Positions 20,657 through 31,402 of a stretch of 64,000 nucleotides of DNA are shown piece after piece. The stretch is from positions 878,528 to 942,527 of the forward strand of contig OW818647.1 of assembly GCA_942492855.1 (NCBI GenBank), written 5' to 3'. This DNA is from Armatimonadota bacterium. Its GTDB lineage: Bacteria; Armatimonadota; HRBIN16. Each line of letters begins with the position of its first letter. The first letter of the stretch is position 1. A program made the position numbers and the translations under genes. The notes under the pieces were generated by a model, which saw only the letters and a program-made list of their open reading frames with translations, did no database searches and was not told where the DNA came from.

Positions 20657-22549
20657 ATGAGAATTCTCGTAGCTGAAGATACAGCCACGATGCAATGCCT
20701 TCTCACCAATGCCCTCACTGAGTGGGGCTATGAGGTGGTTTCTGCCACTGATGGTAAAACAGCCTGGAGCGTCCTACAAGCACCTAACCCGCCACCAATT
20801 GCCATACTGGACTGGATGATGCCGGGGTTAGATGGCGTTGATGTCTGCCGACTGGCTAGACAGCAACTCGCCACTCCGCTCTACATTTTATTGCTCACAG
20901 GACGCGGCAAGACAGAAGATATCGTGGCAGGCCTGAATGCGGGTGCCGACGACTACGTCACCAAGCCATTTGAGCTTGAGGAGCTGCACGCACGCGTCAA
21001 GTCTGGTGAGCGGTTTATAGGACTGCAGCACGCCCTTCGTGACCACATAAAACGACTGGACGAAAGCCAGCTTCTGCTTCGCAAGCGTGAGCAACACTAC
21101 CGCACCCTTGTGGAAGGTGCCCCATACGCCATCGGTTTGTTGGATACATCGGGGCGGATCCTCAGTATGAACACCAACGGGCTGCTCGGGATGAAAATGC
21201 CGGCTAATGAGGTGCTTGGCACCTCATTCAGTGGTTTATGGGTGCCAGAGACTCAGCCTGCTGCCAGTTACGCACTGGCCCATGCGCTCTCCGGTGAACG
21301 ATCCTCGTTCATGGCCGATCACCAACTACCCGATGGGTCGTTTGCCACTTGGGAAGTGGCCCTCAATCCGCTGCAAGACGAGCAGACCGGTAGAGTGACC
21401 GGGTTAGTGGTAATTGGCGGCGACATCACCCAGCGTAAACGCACAGAAGACGCACTGCGTGAAAGCGAACGATGGTTCCACACAATCGGCGATGCCGCCA
21501 TGGATGGCATCATGGCGTTGAACTCACAAGGTCAAATCATCTACTGTAATAGAGCTGGTGAGCAGATTCTGGGCGTCGAAACATATGAAGCGTTAGGGGT
21601 TGAGGCAGCCTCTCTCCTGTCCGAAGGCCCTGGGAAAGATGAGTTCCTAGCCGTGTTGGGCTCCATCAGCCACCCAGATGAAACCACGACGTCATCACAC
21701 ACGATTGAGTCCGAGTTAATGAGGCGTGATGGCGTCATAATCCCTGTTGAGATTCCTCTGAGTGTGGCGAAAATGCGTGGCGAATGGCATCTCATCGCCA
21801 TCATCCGCGATATTACAGAACGACGCAACAGAGAAGAGCAAAACCAGTTGCTGATGAACAGGCTGGCGGCTGCCAACACCGAGTTACGTGACTTTGCGTT
21901 TGTGGTATCCCACGACCTAAAGGCACCACTCCGGGCGATCGGCAGCCTGGCTACTTGGATTGTTCAAGACTACGCTGACAAACTTGATGAAGACGGCACG
22001 TACCAATTGGACCTGCTGGTTCAGCGGGTGGGGCGTATGGGCAAGCTGATAGACGGCATTTTGGAATACAGCCGCATCGGACGCCTTTCCGAAAAATTCG
22101 AGGAGGTCAACCTCCAATCAATCATAGCTGACATTGTGGATATTCTTACACCTCCGGCGAATATGCAGATCAACATCCAACAAAATTTACCCACCATTAT
22201 CGCCGAGCCAACCCGCATCAGTCAGTTGTTCCAGAACCTCATTGGTAATGCCATTAAGTATAACGACAAACCACAGGGTGAGATTACGGTCACCTGTGAA
22301 GATCAAGGGCAAAACTGGTTATTTGCGGTCACTGACAACGGTCCAGGAATCGCCGAGAAAGACTTTGACCGCGTGTTTCAGATTTTCCAAACTTTGAAAT
22401 CGCATGACGAGGTCGACAGCACAGGCGTTGGATTGACAGTGGTTAAAAAAATCATCGATATCTACCGGGGTGAAATATGGATCACCAGCAAGCTGGGTGA
22501 GTTCACGACCTTCTCGTTTACTTTACCGAAGAACTTGAAGTCAGCCTAA
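20657..22549 (+). CDS. hybrid sensor protein: N-terminal receiver (REC) domain, PAS domains, HisKA and HATPase histidine kinase
   Basis: REC motifs (ILVAEDT..., DWMMPGLDG, TKPF). HisKA H-box SHDLKAPLRAIGSLATWI. ATPase motifs (LIGNAIKYN, DNGPGI, GVGLTVVKKII). Confidence 0.8.
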   Translation: MRILVAEDTATMQCLLTNALTEWGYEVVSATDGKTAWSVLQAPNPPPIAILDWMMPGLDGVDVCRLARQQLATPLYILLLTGRGKTEDIVAGLNAGADDYVTKPFELEELHARVKSGERFIGLQHALRDHIKRLDESQLLLRKREQHYRTLVEGAPYAIGLLDTSGRILSMNTNGLLGMKMPANEVLGTSFSGLWVPETQPAASYALAHALSGERSSFMADHQLPDGSFATWEVALNPLQDEQTGRVTGLVVIGGDITQRKRTEDALRESERWFHTIGDAAMDGIMALNSQGQIIYCNRAGEQILGVETYEALGVEAASLLSEGPGKDEFLAVLGSISHPDETTTSSHTIESELMRRDGVIIPVEIPLSVAKMRGEWHLIAIIRDITERRNREEQNQLLMNRLAAANTELRDFAFVVSHDLKAPLRAIGSLATWIVQDYADKLDEDGTYQLDLLVQRVGRMGKLIDGILEYSRIGRLSEKFEEVNLQSIIADIVDILTPPANMQINIQQNLPTIIAEPTRISQLFQNLIGNAIKYNDKPQGEITVTCEDQGQNWLFAVTDNGPGIAEKDFDRVFQIFQTLKSHDEVDSTGVGLTVVKKIIDIYRGEIWITSKLGEFTTFSFTLPKNLKSA

Positions 22550-22576
22550 ATCCGATCTATACAGAGGAGTGCATTA

Positions 22577-24868
22577 ATGCGACTAAACTCAATCAGCGTG
22601 GGCAAAAGGCTCGCGATCGCATTCATCATCATCACCGCCATCACCGCCATCATCGGCTGGCGAGGTGCTTATGGTATGAGGTTTATCCAGACCCAGGCAC
22701 GTACTCTGGTTGATGTAGATAATGCGGCTATCCAGCACTGCCTCTCTGTCAACCTTTGGTTGACTGACATCTCCCGTGTGGAGAGGACACTTATTCAACC
22801 CAGTCTGACCAGCACGCAACGCCAACAACAGGTAGATTCGCTGGCTGGTATGTACTCGGGACTGAACAATGATATTAAAGCTTTTGATGATTTGGTTCTC
22901 ACAGGGCAGATCGAAAAACTGTGGCTAAAATTCGTCACGACTAAAAACGAATGGCTCAGTGTCCACAAGCGCGTCATCGGCCTCTGCCAGCAAAACAGGC
23001 TTCAGGAGGCTGCAGCACTGTCCATGGATGAGGGTCTGGCACTGCATGAGCAGTTAGACGCTGATGCAGATTCCTTAACAACAGCCGTGGAAGAACGTAG
23101 CCGCAGTGCTCTGAGTGATATCGAGACTGTATATGGATCTATGCATCTTTTTGTCATCATTTTAACGGTGTTGGGATGTCTACTCGCTGCGTGGCTTGGA
23201 TGGCTCATCACCAATTCAATAACCCGTCCTTTGCAGAAGCTGACCGAAGCCAGCTCACGCCTGGCTGAAGGCGATGCCACGACTGTTGTGACGGTTGAGG
23301 GCAATGATGAGGTGACTTTACTGGCCGGCTCTGTCAAAGCCGCTCTTGCCAATATCCGAAGCCAGACCGAAGTCGCGCAGCAAATTGCGAAAGGCGACCT
23401 TAGTGTGCAGGTCTCTGCCGCATCCGACCGCGACACACTGGCGCAGTCAATGCAGGCTATGGTAGACACACTCCGCGGACTGGTTCAGGAATCCACGACA
23501 CTCACATCAGCGGCTGTGGTGGGGCAGGTACGCGTCCGTGGTAACATCCAGGCATTTCAAGGAGCATACCGCGATATCTTAGTAGGCGTAAACAACACGT
23601 TGGATGCCATCATCCATGCATTTGATGCCGTGATCGCCATCAGTACAGCTCTGAGCATGAAGGACCTGACAGCCCGGATGTCCACCAATAACCAGGGCGA
23701 ATTCCTTGAGCTGGCGCAAGCGCTAAACAAGGCGATGGCAGCACTTGAGTCGGCATTTGGACAAACAGACCAAGCCGCCGAACGCGTGTTACGTGCTACC
23801 AAAATGGTGGCCGCGACCAGTGGAGAAGTTGGCCGGGCCAGCAGTTCTATTGCCCAGACCATCTCGCAGGTCGCCCAGGGCAGTTCCGAGCAGAGCCGCA
23901 CTATTACCAGTGCCTCAGCCAGCATGGAGCAGTTGAGCCGTGCGATCGAAGATGTCGCCCGCGGTGCCCAGAGCCAGGCCAATATCGTGCAAGACACCGT
24001 GGTGATCGTCCAGCAGATCAGCGATGACATTAATACGGTGGCCGCCACCGCACAGCAGGCCACGGCCGCGTCGATGCAGGTCTCCGATGTCGCCCAGATC
24101 GGTGGGATCAGCGTGAAACAGACGGTTGAGGGTATGCTTCACATCAGCGAAACCAGCGGCCGTATGGCGGAAGCGATCAAGCAGCTAGGGGCCCAGAGCC
24201 GCCAGATCGGCATGATCGTGGAAGCGATAGATGACATCGCCGACCAGACCAACCTGCTGGCCTTAAACGCCACCATAGAAGCCGCAAGAGCCGGTGAACA
24301 TGGTAAGGGCTTCGCTGTAGTGGCCGACGAGATACGCAAACTGGCTGAGCGATCCAGCAACGCCACCCGTGAGATCGCTGAACTCATCCGCGGAATCCAG
24401 GAAGGTACCGATAACGCGGTATCAGCCATGAACGAGAACGGCAAGGATGTGCAAACCGGCGTGGAGCTCGCACGTAAAGCAGGCGATTCTTTGAGCGATA
24501 TCCAGACAGCGGTGAACGGCATTGTCGGTCAGATTAAAGAAATGGCGACTAGTGCCCACAAGATGAATGTGAGCAGTAATGACGTGGTCCGTGCCGTGGA
24601 AAGCCTGAGTGCGGTCTCTGAGGAAAGCAGTGCCGCCACAGAGGAGATGGCCGCGGTCAGTACCGAAGTAAATCGCTCTATCGAGCAGGTGGTCACCGTC
24701 AGCGAACAGAACGCAGCAGCAGCAGAGGAAGTATCGGCAGCGGCTGAGGAGCAGAGCGCCGCAGCCCAGGAGATGGTAGCCGGTGCAGAGGACGCCACCC
24801 AAATTGTAGAGAAGCTGCAACAGATGATTGGCGAATTCAAAATCACCAAAACCGGACAGAGCGGTTGA
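22577..24868 (+). CDS. methyl-accepting chemotaxis protein
   Basis: Two transmembrane segments around a periplasmic sensor region, HAMP-like region, and a C-terminal MCP signalling domain ([34 protein letters not shown]). AGAGGAG RBS. Confidence 0.85.
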   Translation: MRLNSISVGKRLAIAFIIITAITAIIGWRGAYGMRFIQTQARTLVDVDNAAIQHCLSVNLWLTDISRVERTLIQPSLTSTQRQQQVDSLAGMYSGLNNDIKAFDDLVLTGQIEKLWLKFVTTKNEWLSVHKRVIGLCQQNRLQEAAALSMDEGLALHEQLDADADSLTTAVEERSRSALSDIETVYGSMHLFVIILTVLGCLLAAWLGWLITNSITRPLQKLTEASSRLAEGDATTVVTVEGNDEVTLLAGSVKAALANIRSQTEVAQQIAKGDLSVQVSAASDRDTLAQSMQAMVDTLRGLVQESTTLTSAAVVGQVRVRGNIQAFQGAYRDILVGVNNTLDAIIHAFDAVIAISTALSMKDLTARMSTNNQGEFLELAQALNKAMAALESAFGQTDQAAERVLRATKMVAATSGEVGRASSSIAQTISQVAQGSSEQSRTITSASASMEQLSRAIEDVARGAQSQANIVQDTVVIVQQISDDINTVAATAQQATAASMQVSDVAQIGGISVKQTVEGMLHISETSGRMAEAIKQLGAQSRQIGMIVEAIDDIADQTNLLALNATIEAARAGEHGKGFAVVADEIRKLAERSSNATREIAELIRGIQEGTDNAVSAMNENGKDVQTGVELARKAGDSLSDIQTAVNGIVGQIKEMATSAHKMNVSSNDVVRAVESLSAVSEESSAATEEMAAVSTEVNRSIEQVVTVSEQNAAAAEEVSAAAEEQSAAAQEMVAGAEDATQIVEKLQQMIGEFKITKTGQSG

Positions 24869-25383
24869 TAATGAACGAAGCAGCAGAACAGACCGCGATG
24901 GAGGGTATACGACACCTTGTGTTGTGTGACATCTCAGGCGAAACATACGGCATAGATATCGACCGGGTCGATACAGTCATCCGTAACCAGCCTGTCACCC
25001 GCGTGCCCTGTATGCCGCATTTCGTCGAAGGGGTGGTCAACCTGAGGGGTAGCATCATCCCTGTTGTCGACCTTCGTAAGAGGTTTGGTCTGGCTATCAA
25101 GCCCACTCAGCGAGATAACCGCATCGTCGTCGTGAGTGTGAAACAGCAGTGGGTCGGTCTGGTTGTCGACGCGGTCACTCGGACCTGCCAGTTGCCAGCC
25201 GATCAGATAGAGCCTGTCAGCTCCCTGGTGGTAAATGTGAAGCACCGATATATCAAGGGTGTGGCCCAATTCGGTGAGCAGATTATCATCATGCTGAACC
25301 TTGAGGAGAGCCTCTCCGCTGAAGAGGCTACCGAAATCGATGAAGCGACGGCGTTACTACGGAAGGAGGGCATCGAACAATGA
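24865..25383 (+). CDS. cheW: chemotaxis coupling protein CheW
   Basis: 172-aa CheW-like protein; start overlaps the MCP stop (ATGA), so translationally coupled. Confidence 0.8.
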   Translation: MIMNEAAEQTAMEGIRHLVLCDISGETYGIDIDRVDTVIRNQPVTRVPCMPHFVEGVVNLRGSIIPVVDLRKRFGLAIKPTQRDNRIVVVSVKQQWVGLVVDAVTRTCQLPADQIEPVSSLVVNVKHRYIKGVAQFGEQIIIMLNLEESLSAEEATEIDEATALLRKEGIEQ

Positions 25384-27434
25384 GCGACTTTCGCGATGAC
25401 CCCTCCATACTGGAAGTCTTCTGGCAAGAGGCCGATGAACAACTGATGTGGCTGGAACAAGGCCTGATGAGGATTGAGCGAGACGGCCAAAGCTCCGAGG
25501 TGCTGAATGATGTATTCAGAGCCGCACACACCTTAAAGGGCTCAAGCGGTATGATGGGCTTCTCGACCGTGGCTGAGTTGACGCACGCCATGGAGGAGCT
25601 GCTTGATCTGCTGCGCCAAGGCAAGCGATCCGTTGATAGCAATGTGGTGAATGCGCTACTCTCCAGCAACGACTGCCTCAGGGCCATGCTGGAGGCACTG
25701 AAATCAGGGGCTGCCAACCAACCTGACGCAACACCGGCAATTGTGGCACTCAAACAGGTCAGCACCAGTGATGGCTCCGCTGTAACCTCAGGTGGTGGTG
25801 CCTCGGGAATCGGGGCGCTGCCCCCACTGATGGACGGAGCCGTGCGCCTTCATGTGACCATCGCAGAAGACTGCCTGACGCCCACCATCCGTGCATTCAT
25901 GGTGTTCAACGCCCTGAAAGACAAGTCCGTCATCATTGCCAGTATGCCAGACGAATCGGCCACAGAATCGGCGTATGCAGGGCAGACGATTACCGTAGAC
26001 TGTATGCCGCAAACAAGCATTGATGAGTTGCTGCGTTCGTTGAACTTCAGCGAAGTCAAAGCCATGATGGTTGAGGATCGTCGGGAAGTCGAAAAGACCG
26101 TCATCACCTCACCCGATATGACTCCTATTGATGTGACTGGCGAAACGGATCACCTTTCTGGAGATACCGCGACAGTTCGCGAAGTAAGCCTGTTTGAATC
26201 GACTCATTTTCGAGGGTTGCAAACCGTCAGGGTGGCTGTGGAACGACTTGATACCCTAATGAACCTGGTGGGTGAGCTGGTAGTGGGTCGCAGCCGTATT
26301 GAGCAGCTTGTAAATGAACTGAAACAATCCGTCGGCGAATCCAGTGTGATCAATGAGATCCGCGACACCAGTATCTCTTTGGGGCAGTTCACCGCCGATC
26401 TGCAGGAGCAGATCATGCGTATCCGAATGCTACCGGTGGAGCAGGTCTTTAGCCGCTTCCCCAGGATGGTACGCGACCTCTCGGTCCACGCAGGTAAACG
26501 GGTGAATTTTGTCATCTCTGGCCAGGATACCGAGCTTGACCGGTCATTGATGGAAGACATCGTCGATCCCATTACCCACTTGTTGAGAAACGCCATTGAC
26601 CATGGTGTGGAGATGCCAAACCAGCGTGTCGCCCGCGGGAAAAACCCCGAAGCGACCGTGACTCTGAGTGCGAAACACGAGGAGAACCACATCCTCATTT
26701 CTGTGAGTGACGACGGGAATGGTATATCCGTAGATCATGTGCGTCAAGCCGCTGTGAGCCGAGGCATCATCACTCCTGACGCGGCCGACCGCTTGACCGA
26801 ATCGGAGGCCATGTCCCTCATTTTCCTGCCGTCTGTCACCACAGCAGAAGAAGTCACCGACATCTCGGGGCGTGGTGTAGGCATGGATGTGGTGAAAAGT
26901 AACATTGAACGCCTGGGCGGCTCTGTGGATGTGCAAAGCCAACTTGGGAATGGATCTACAATCATCATCCGACTGCCCCTCACCTTGGCCATCGTGCAGG
27001 CACTGCTGGTGCGGGCAGGTGACACCATCTTTGCCATACCATTGAGCGCAATTGTAGAGACCAGCCGGTGCGACACAGGCCTGTTGACGACCATCGAAGG
27101 CCGTTCGGTAATCCCCTTCCGCGGTAATGTGCTGCCCGTGGCCCGCTTAGGCGATCTGCTGCATATCGCGGCGGCACCATCTACACGGCAACACTCACTG
27201 CTGGTCATCGTGAAGTCAGCAGGACAGCAGCTTGGTTTGATTGTCGATGGCCTGCTTGGCAGCCATGAAATAGTCATCAAGCCTCTAGGCGGGTTTTTCC
27301 AGCGTCTGAACAGCATATCTGGTGCCACCCTGCTAGGTGATGGGCGGATAGCACTTATCTTGGATATCGGCTCGCTGCACCAACTCGTCGAGTCATCTTT
27401 TCAGGACCAGTCGGCAGAGTTGAGGCGGCGATGA
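25380..27434 (+). CDS. cheA: chemotaxis histidine kinase CheA
   Basis: HPt domain with AAHTLKGSSGMMGF, dimerisation and HATPase domains (DDGNGI, GRGVGMDVV), C-terminal CheW-like domain. Overlaps cheW by 4 nt. Confidence 0.9.
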   Translation: MSDFRDDPSILEVFWQEADEQLMWLEQGLMRIERDGQSSEVLNDVFRAAHTLKGSSGMMGFSTVAELTHAMEELLDLLRQGKRSVDSNVVNALLSSNDCLRAMLEALKSGAANQPDATPAIVALKQVSTSDGSAVTSGGGASGIGALPPLMDGAVRLHVTIAEDCLTPTIRAFMVFNALKDKSVIIASMPDESATESAYAGQTITVDCMPQTSIDELLRSLNFSEVKAMMVEDRREVEKTVITSPDMTPIDVTGETDHLSGDTATVREVSLFESTHFRGLQTVRVAVERLDTLMNLVGELVVGRSRIEQLVNELKQSVGESSVINEIRDTSISLGQFTADLQEQIMRIRMLPVEQVFSRFPRMVRDLSVHAGKRVNFVISGQDTELDRSLMEDIVDPITHLLRNAIDHGVEMPNQRVARGKNPEATVTLSAKHEENHILISVSDDGNGISVDHVRQAAVSRGIITPDAADRLTESEAMSLIFLPSVTTAEEVTDISGRGVGMDVVKSNIERLGGSVDVQSQLGNGSTIIIRLPLTLAIVQALLVRAGDTIFAIPLSAIVETSRCDTGLLTTIEGRSVIPFRGNVLPVARLGDLLHIAAAPSTRQHSLLVIVKSAGQQLGLIVDGLLGSHEIVIKPLGGFFQRLNSISGATLLGDGRIALILDIGSLHQLVESSFQDQSAELRRR

Positions 27435-28243
27435 TCGAGACGCCTGATCTCGATTACCAGCGGTTCAAGCGAAAGGTTCTGGCTCTCACAGGTATCGATC
27501 TGGACGTATACAAGCAGAACCAAATGGAGCGCCGGTTGCGTTATCTGCTGGAGCGGCATCACTGTGAGAGCTTTCACAGCTACTTCAAGCTGATGGAATC
27601 TGACACGGTAATCCGACAGCAGTTCATGGACTACATTACCATCAATGTGTCTGAGTTTTTTCGCAACCCTGAGTATTTTGAGACACTTGGCAAATTGATA
27701 CTGCCGGAACTGCTGCGTCGTAAACGCACACTAAGGATATGGAGCGCCGCATGCAGTTACGGGCAGGAACCTTACAGTTTAGCTATACTGTTAAGCGAGC
27801 TGACACCATTGAGGGCTCATACCATCATCGCAACAGATATCGATGCCCGCAGCCTGGAAAACACGGCAGCAGGTCAGTATAGCGAATTAGATGTCAAGAA
27901 TGTATCAGCGGTCAGGCTGTCACGTTGGTTTACTAGAGGCGAAGGAACATACACCATCGATGACCGCCTGCGGTCGATGTTAAAGGTACAAAGGCATGAC
28001 TTGCTAAAGGACCCGTACCCGGAAAACATCGACCTTATTGTCTGCCGAAATGTGGCTATTTACTTCACAGATGAAGCGAAGAAGCATTTGTTTCGCAGCA
28101 TGTATCACGCTTTAGTGCCGGGTGGATACTTGTTTGTAGGCGGTACAGAACGCATACAAAATGCCGCCAGTGTGGGATATGTTAACCACAACACGCTATT
28201 TTACCAACGCCCGTACGAAACAGTAACCGAGGAGAAAACCTGA
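27431..28243 (+). CDS. cheR: chemotaxis protein methyltransferase CheR
   Basis: CheR N-terminal helical domain plus SAM-binding domain (RIWSAACSYGQEPYSLAILL). Confidence 0.85.
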   Translation: MIETPDLDYQRFKRKVLALTGIDLDVYKQNQMERRLRYLLERHHCESFHSYFKLMESDTVIRQQFMDYITINVSEFFRNPEYFETLGKLILPELLRRKRTLRIWSAACSYGQEPYSLAILLSELTPLRAHTIIATDIDARSLENTAAGQYSELDVKNVSAVRLSRWFTRGEGTYTIDDRLRSMLKVQRHDLLKDPYPENIDLIVCRNVAIYFTDEAKKHLFRSMYHALVPGGYLFVGGTERIQNAASVGYVNHNTLFYQRPYETVTEEKT

Positions 28244-28605
28244 TGCCGAAAAAGGTGATGATCGTAGATGACGCCCTGTTCATGCGCGTCTCCATCCGAA
28301 AAATCATAACAGGAGCCGGGTACGATGTCGTCGCCGAAGCTGGCGATGGCAATGAGGCGGTGCGTCTTTACGAAGCCAGTCAGCCAGACGCAGTATTGAT
28401 GGATATCACCATGCCCGGTAAAGATGGCCTCACGGCTGCTAAAGAGATTCTCCAGTTATACCCTGACGCGCGAATCATTATGTGTACAGCATTAGGCCAA
28501 CAGAACATGTTGGCGGAAGCGATTAAAGCAGGGGTACGTGACTATATAGTTAAACCATTTCAGCCCGACCGTGTTCTCGAAGGGCTCGCAAAGGTATTGG
28601 AGTAA
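28243..28605 (+). CDS. cheY: chemotaxis response regulator CheY
   Basis: 120-aa single-domain receiver (MIVDDALFMR..., DAVLMDITMPGKDG, KPF). Confidence 0.85.
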   Translation: MPKKVMIVDDALFMRVSIRKIITGAGYDVVAEAGDGNEAVRLYEASQPDAVLMDITMPGKDGLTAAKEILQLYPDARIIMCTALGQQNMLAEAIKAGVRDYIVKPFQPDRVLEGLAKVLE

Positions 28606-28613
28606 TATCCACG

Positions 28614-29084
28614 ATGAAAGTTGAATTCGTGGAGCCATTTGTAAAAGCAGGCTTGGAAGTGATAGAGGCCTACAGCGGAGCCCCTTTGAGCAGAGGACCA
28701 TTAAGTGTTCGTCGCACTACATTTACCACAGAGGATGTGAACATTGTGGCTGGTGTGAGCGGCGATGTCAGGGGATCAGCCATCTACGCAATGCCCTTGG
28801 CGACCGCTCTCAATCTGGCTTCTACAATGCTCGGTGAACGTGTGCTGGTGATGGATGAACTCAGTTGGAGTGCCATTGCAGAGCTGGGCAATATTATCAC
28901 TGGTCATGCCACCGAACTATTATTTCAAGCTGGGTTGAATTGCCAGATGAATCCACCAGCGGTCTTGCGGGGCGCCAACATGGAGATATCGACAACAGTC
29001 GCAGCACTTGTGGTCCCCTTGAGTACGCCATCTGGCACATTTGAGATAAACGTAGCCATTGAAGAGGTTATCCCTACCCGCTAG
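28614..29084 (+). CDS. cheX: CheX-like CheY-P phosphatase (CheC/CheX/FliY family)
   Basis: 156-aa protein with a single E-x2-N-type motif region (ELGNIITG); size and position fit CheX. Confidence 0.6.
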   Translation: MKVEFVEPFVKAGLEVIEAYSGAPLSRGPLSVRRTTFTTEDVNIVAGVSGDVRGSAIYAMPLATALNLASTMLGERVLVMDELSWSAIAELGNIITGHATELLFQAGLNCQMNPPAVLRGANMEISTTVAALVVPLSTPSGTFEINVAIEEVIPTR

Positions 29085-29109
29085 TAGAGCAACTTGTACA
29101 GGAGTGGCA

Positions 29110-29688
29110 ATGAAGAAGTTTAATGAGGTCGTAAAGTCGGCTGTCACCACCGCATCAGATGCGGTTCTGATGATGACAGGTGCGGTTCATATGGACATCC
29201 GATGGGCAGAAGTGATACCGACGCTTTCCATCGCAAGCCGCATCGAAAACCCTGAAGCGCCTTCCGTTGCCGCATATATTAATGTGACAGGAGATCTGCC
29301 TGGTCACGGTCTGCTCCTGTTCGAGATCAGTGATGCCTTAGTGTTATGCGATCTGATGCTGGGCCGCAGGGTTGGTGAGAGACAACAGATCGACGAGTTG
29401 GAAAACAGTGCACTACTAGAGTTGGCCAATATCGTCGCCTCTAGCTATGTCAACGCCATTGCGGACTTCCTCGGATGTGCTCTGCACCCTAACCCCCCAG
29501 CGTTTGCATATGATATGGCAGCGGCCATCGTGCAGCAAACACTTTGTGCATGCGCCAACCTGCAATCACAGACCTACAGTATAGCCACCAGTTTTGTATA
29601 TCAGCAACGATCCATGAACGGCCTGTTTCTCTATATACCGGATCATGAATTGTCCAACATAGCAGAAAGAAATGAAGCCTGTGCGTGA
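29110..29688 (+). CDS. cheC: CheY-P phosphatase CheC
   Basis: Start at internal ATG 29110 after GGAG. CheC-type duplicated E-x2-N motif region (ENSALLELANIVASS). Confidence 0.65.
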   Translation: MKKFNEVVKSAVTTASDAVLMMTGAVHMDIRWAEVIPTLSIASRIENPEAPSVAAYINVTGDLPGHGLLLFEISDALVLCDLMLGRRVGERQQIDELENSALLELANIVASSYVNAIADFLGCALHPNPPAFAYDMAAAIVQQTLCACANLQSQTYSIATSFVYQQRSMNGLFLYIPDHELSNIAERNEACA

Positions 29689-30211
29689 TGTACTTGTTGG
29701 CATGGGTGAGATTGTAGCCACCAAAGACAGTTCAGTGATCCTGACTGCTCTGGGGTTAGGTAGCTGTATCGGCATATTCGCGTATGAAAGCCGCAGTTTG
29801 GTGGCTTGTTGTGCGCATGTTGTGCTGCCTCGCACGACCGGCGTGTATGAGGCTCAATACCCGGCGAAAAGCATGGACACCGCATTTGACAACATTCTGC
29901 AGTCGATGGATGCGATGACGAACGGGTCGCGATTTATAAGCTGGGCACTGTTGGGCGGTGCCCAGCTCTTTACAGGTCTTGCGCAGGTCAGCATCATGGA
30001 CATTGGAGCCCGCAACATCGCATCTGCCAAAGAACAGATGGCGCAGCGTAATATAAACCCGGTGTTCACGGACTTCGGTGGTAATAAGGGCCGCACTGCT
30101 AAGTTGTACGTGCATGATGGGATACTTTGTATGCGCCGTTTGGGGCAGCCAGAACAAAAACTGGCTGATATGCGGCGTAATAGGGCCTTAACGGACGTGA
30201 ACAACGCATGA
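29672..30211 (+). CDS. cheD: chemoreceptor glutamine deamidase CheD
   Basis: LGLGSCIGIFAYE...CCAHVVLP matches the CheD catalytic Cys/His region. Overlaps cheC. Confidence 0.8.
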   Translation: MKPVRDVLVGMGEIVATKDSSVILTALGLGSCIGIFAYESRSLVACCAHVVLPRTTGVYEAQYPAKSMDTAFDNILQSMDAMTNGSRFISWALLGGAQLFTGLAQVSIMDIGARNIASAKEQMAQRNINPVFTDFGGNKGRTAKLYVHDGILCMRRLGQPEQKLADMRRNRALTDVNNA

Positions 30212-31284
30212 AACGCATCATGGTAGTCGATGATAGCGCCTTTGCGCGCAAGGTGATCAGCTCTGTAATCAACGCCTCGTCGGACATGGAGGTAGTGATC
30301 ACAGCCGCATCGGGTGAAGATGCACTCGCCCGCATCCCGAAGGTAATGCCCGATGTGATCACTATGGATATTGAGATGCCAGGCATGGGCGGTGTGATCG
30401 CGCTTCAAAAGATCGTGGAGCAATACCAAATACCGGTAGTCGTGCTTAGCGCGGTCGGTTTCGCAGGAGCCGAGGTCAGCCTGAAGTGCCTTGAGCTGGG
30501 TGCGGTGGATGTGGTCTTGAAGCCTATGGACAGGGGACTGCCAAATCTGGGCCAAGTTTCTCGGCAGATTATCAACGCAGTCAGGCAGGCTGCCAGCATC
30601 AGCCGAGAAAGAATGTCGCGTCTCAACCAGATCGGCACGAAGACTGAGGTCAACAACCGACCCAAGATCGAACCCCAGGTCAGCAACAGCGACTTTCCGA
30701 TTGTCGTCATCGCCACAAGCACAGGCGGACCCCGCGCACTGCGCTACCTTCTGCCCAGACTGAACCGCACACAGGATGCCAGCTACATTGTCATACAGCA
30801 CTTACCCGTGGGATTTAGCGAGATCCTGGCGCGTGACCTGGACCAGATGTGCCCACTCTCTGTACGCGAGGCCCGACCTAAGGACGTGCCCCAACTCCGG
30901 GAGATACTGGTCGCCCCATCTGGGTTTCATATGGTGCTGTCACGCGCAGGACACGTGGAACTGAATGAGGACCCAACCGTATGGGGTGTGCGTCCCAGTG
31001 CCGACGTCACGATGGCCAGTAGTGCAGCTCGATACCCTGGCAGGGTGATCGGCGTGATATTGACGGGAATGGGACGCGATGGATCTGAGGGGGCGAGCCT
31101 CATTCAGAAAAGCGGTGGATTTGTGTTAGCTGAGGCGGAGAGCAGTTGTGTGATTTTCGGAATGCCGCGTGCCGCAATCGAAAAGGGCGTGGTAGACGAG
31201 ATTGTGGACCTTGAGGGCATGCCGGAGGCGATCGAACGCGCGGTCAACCGGATGAGCCAAAACGATCAGGACAGACCTGCCTAG
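30208..31284 (+). CDS. cheB: chemotaxis response regulator protein-glutamate methylesterase CheB
   Basis: N-terminal receiver (MVVDDSAFARK, DVITMDIEMPGMGG) plus C-terminal methylesterase (ATSTGGP, FGMPRAA). Confidence 0.9.
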   Translation: MKRIMVVDDSAFARKVISSVINASSDMEVVITAASGEDALARIPKVMPDVITMDIEMPGMGGVIALQKIVEQYQIPVVVLSAVGFAGAEVSLKCLELGAVDVVLKPMDRGLPNLGQVSRQIINAVRQAASISRERMSRLNQIGTKTEVNNRPKIEPQVSNSDFPIVVIATSTGGPRALRYLLPRLNRTQDASYIVIQHLPVGFSEILARDLDQMCPLSVREARPKDVPQLREILVAPSGFHMVLSRAGHVELNEDPTVWGVRPSADVTMASSAARYPGRVIGVILTGMGRDGSEGASLIQKSGGFVLAEAESSCVIFGMPRAAIEKGVVDEIVDLEGMPEAIERAVNRMSQNDQDRPA

Positions 31285-31402
31285 TTCAACGCACTGAGGC
31301 GAATTTACGCCAACTTGGATCGCCACAGTGAAACCCCGTTGGTATCTACTGCACTCACCACATCGAGACCGTATTAGCGGCCAGGGAGTGCAATAAAAGC
31401 GG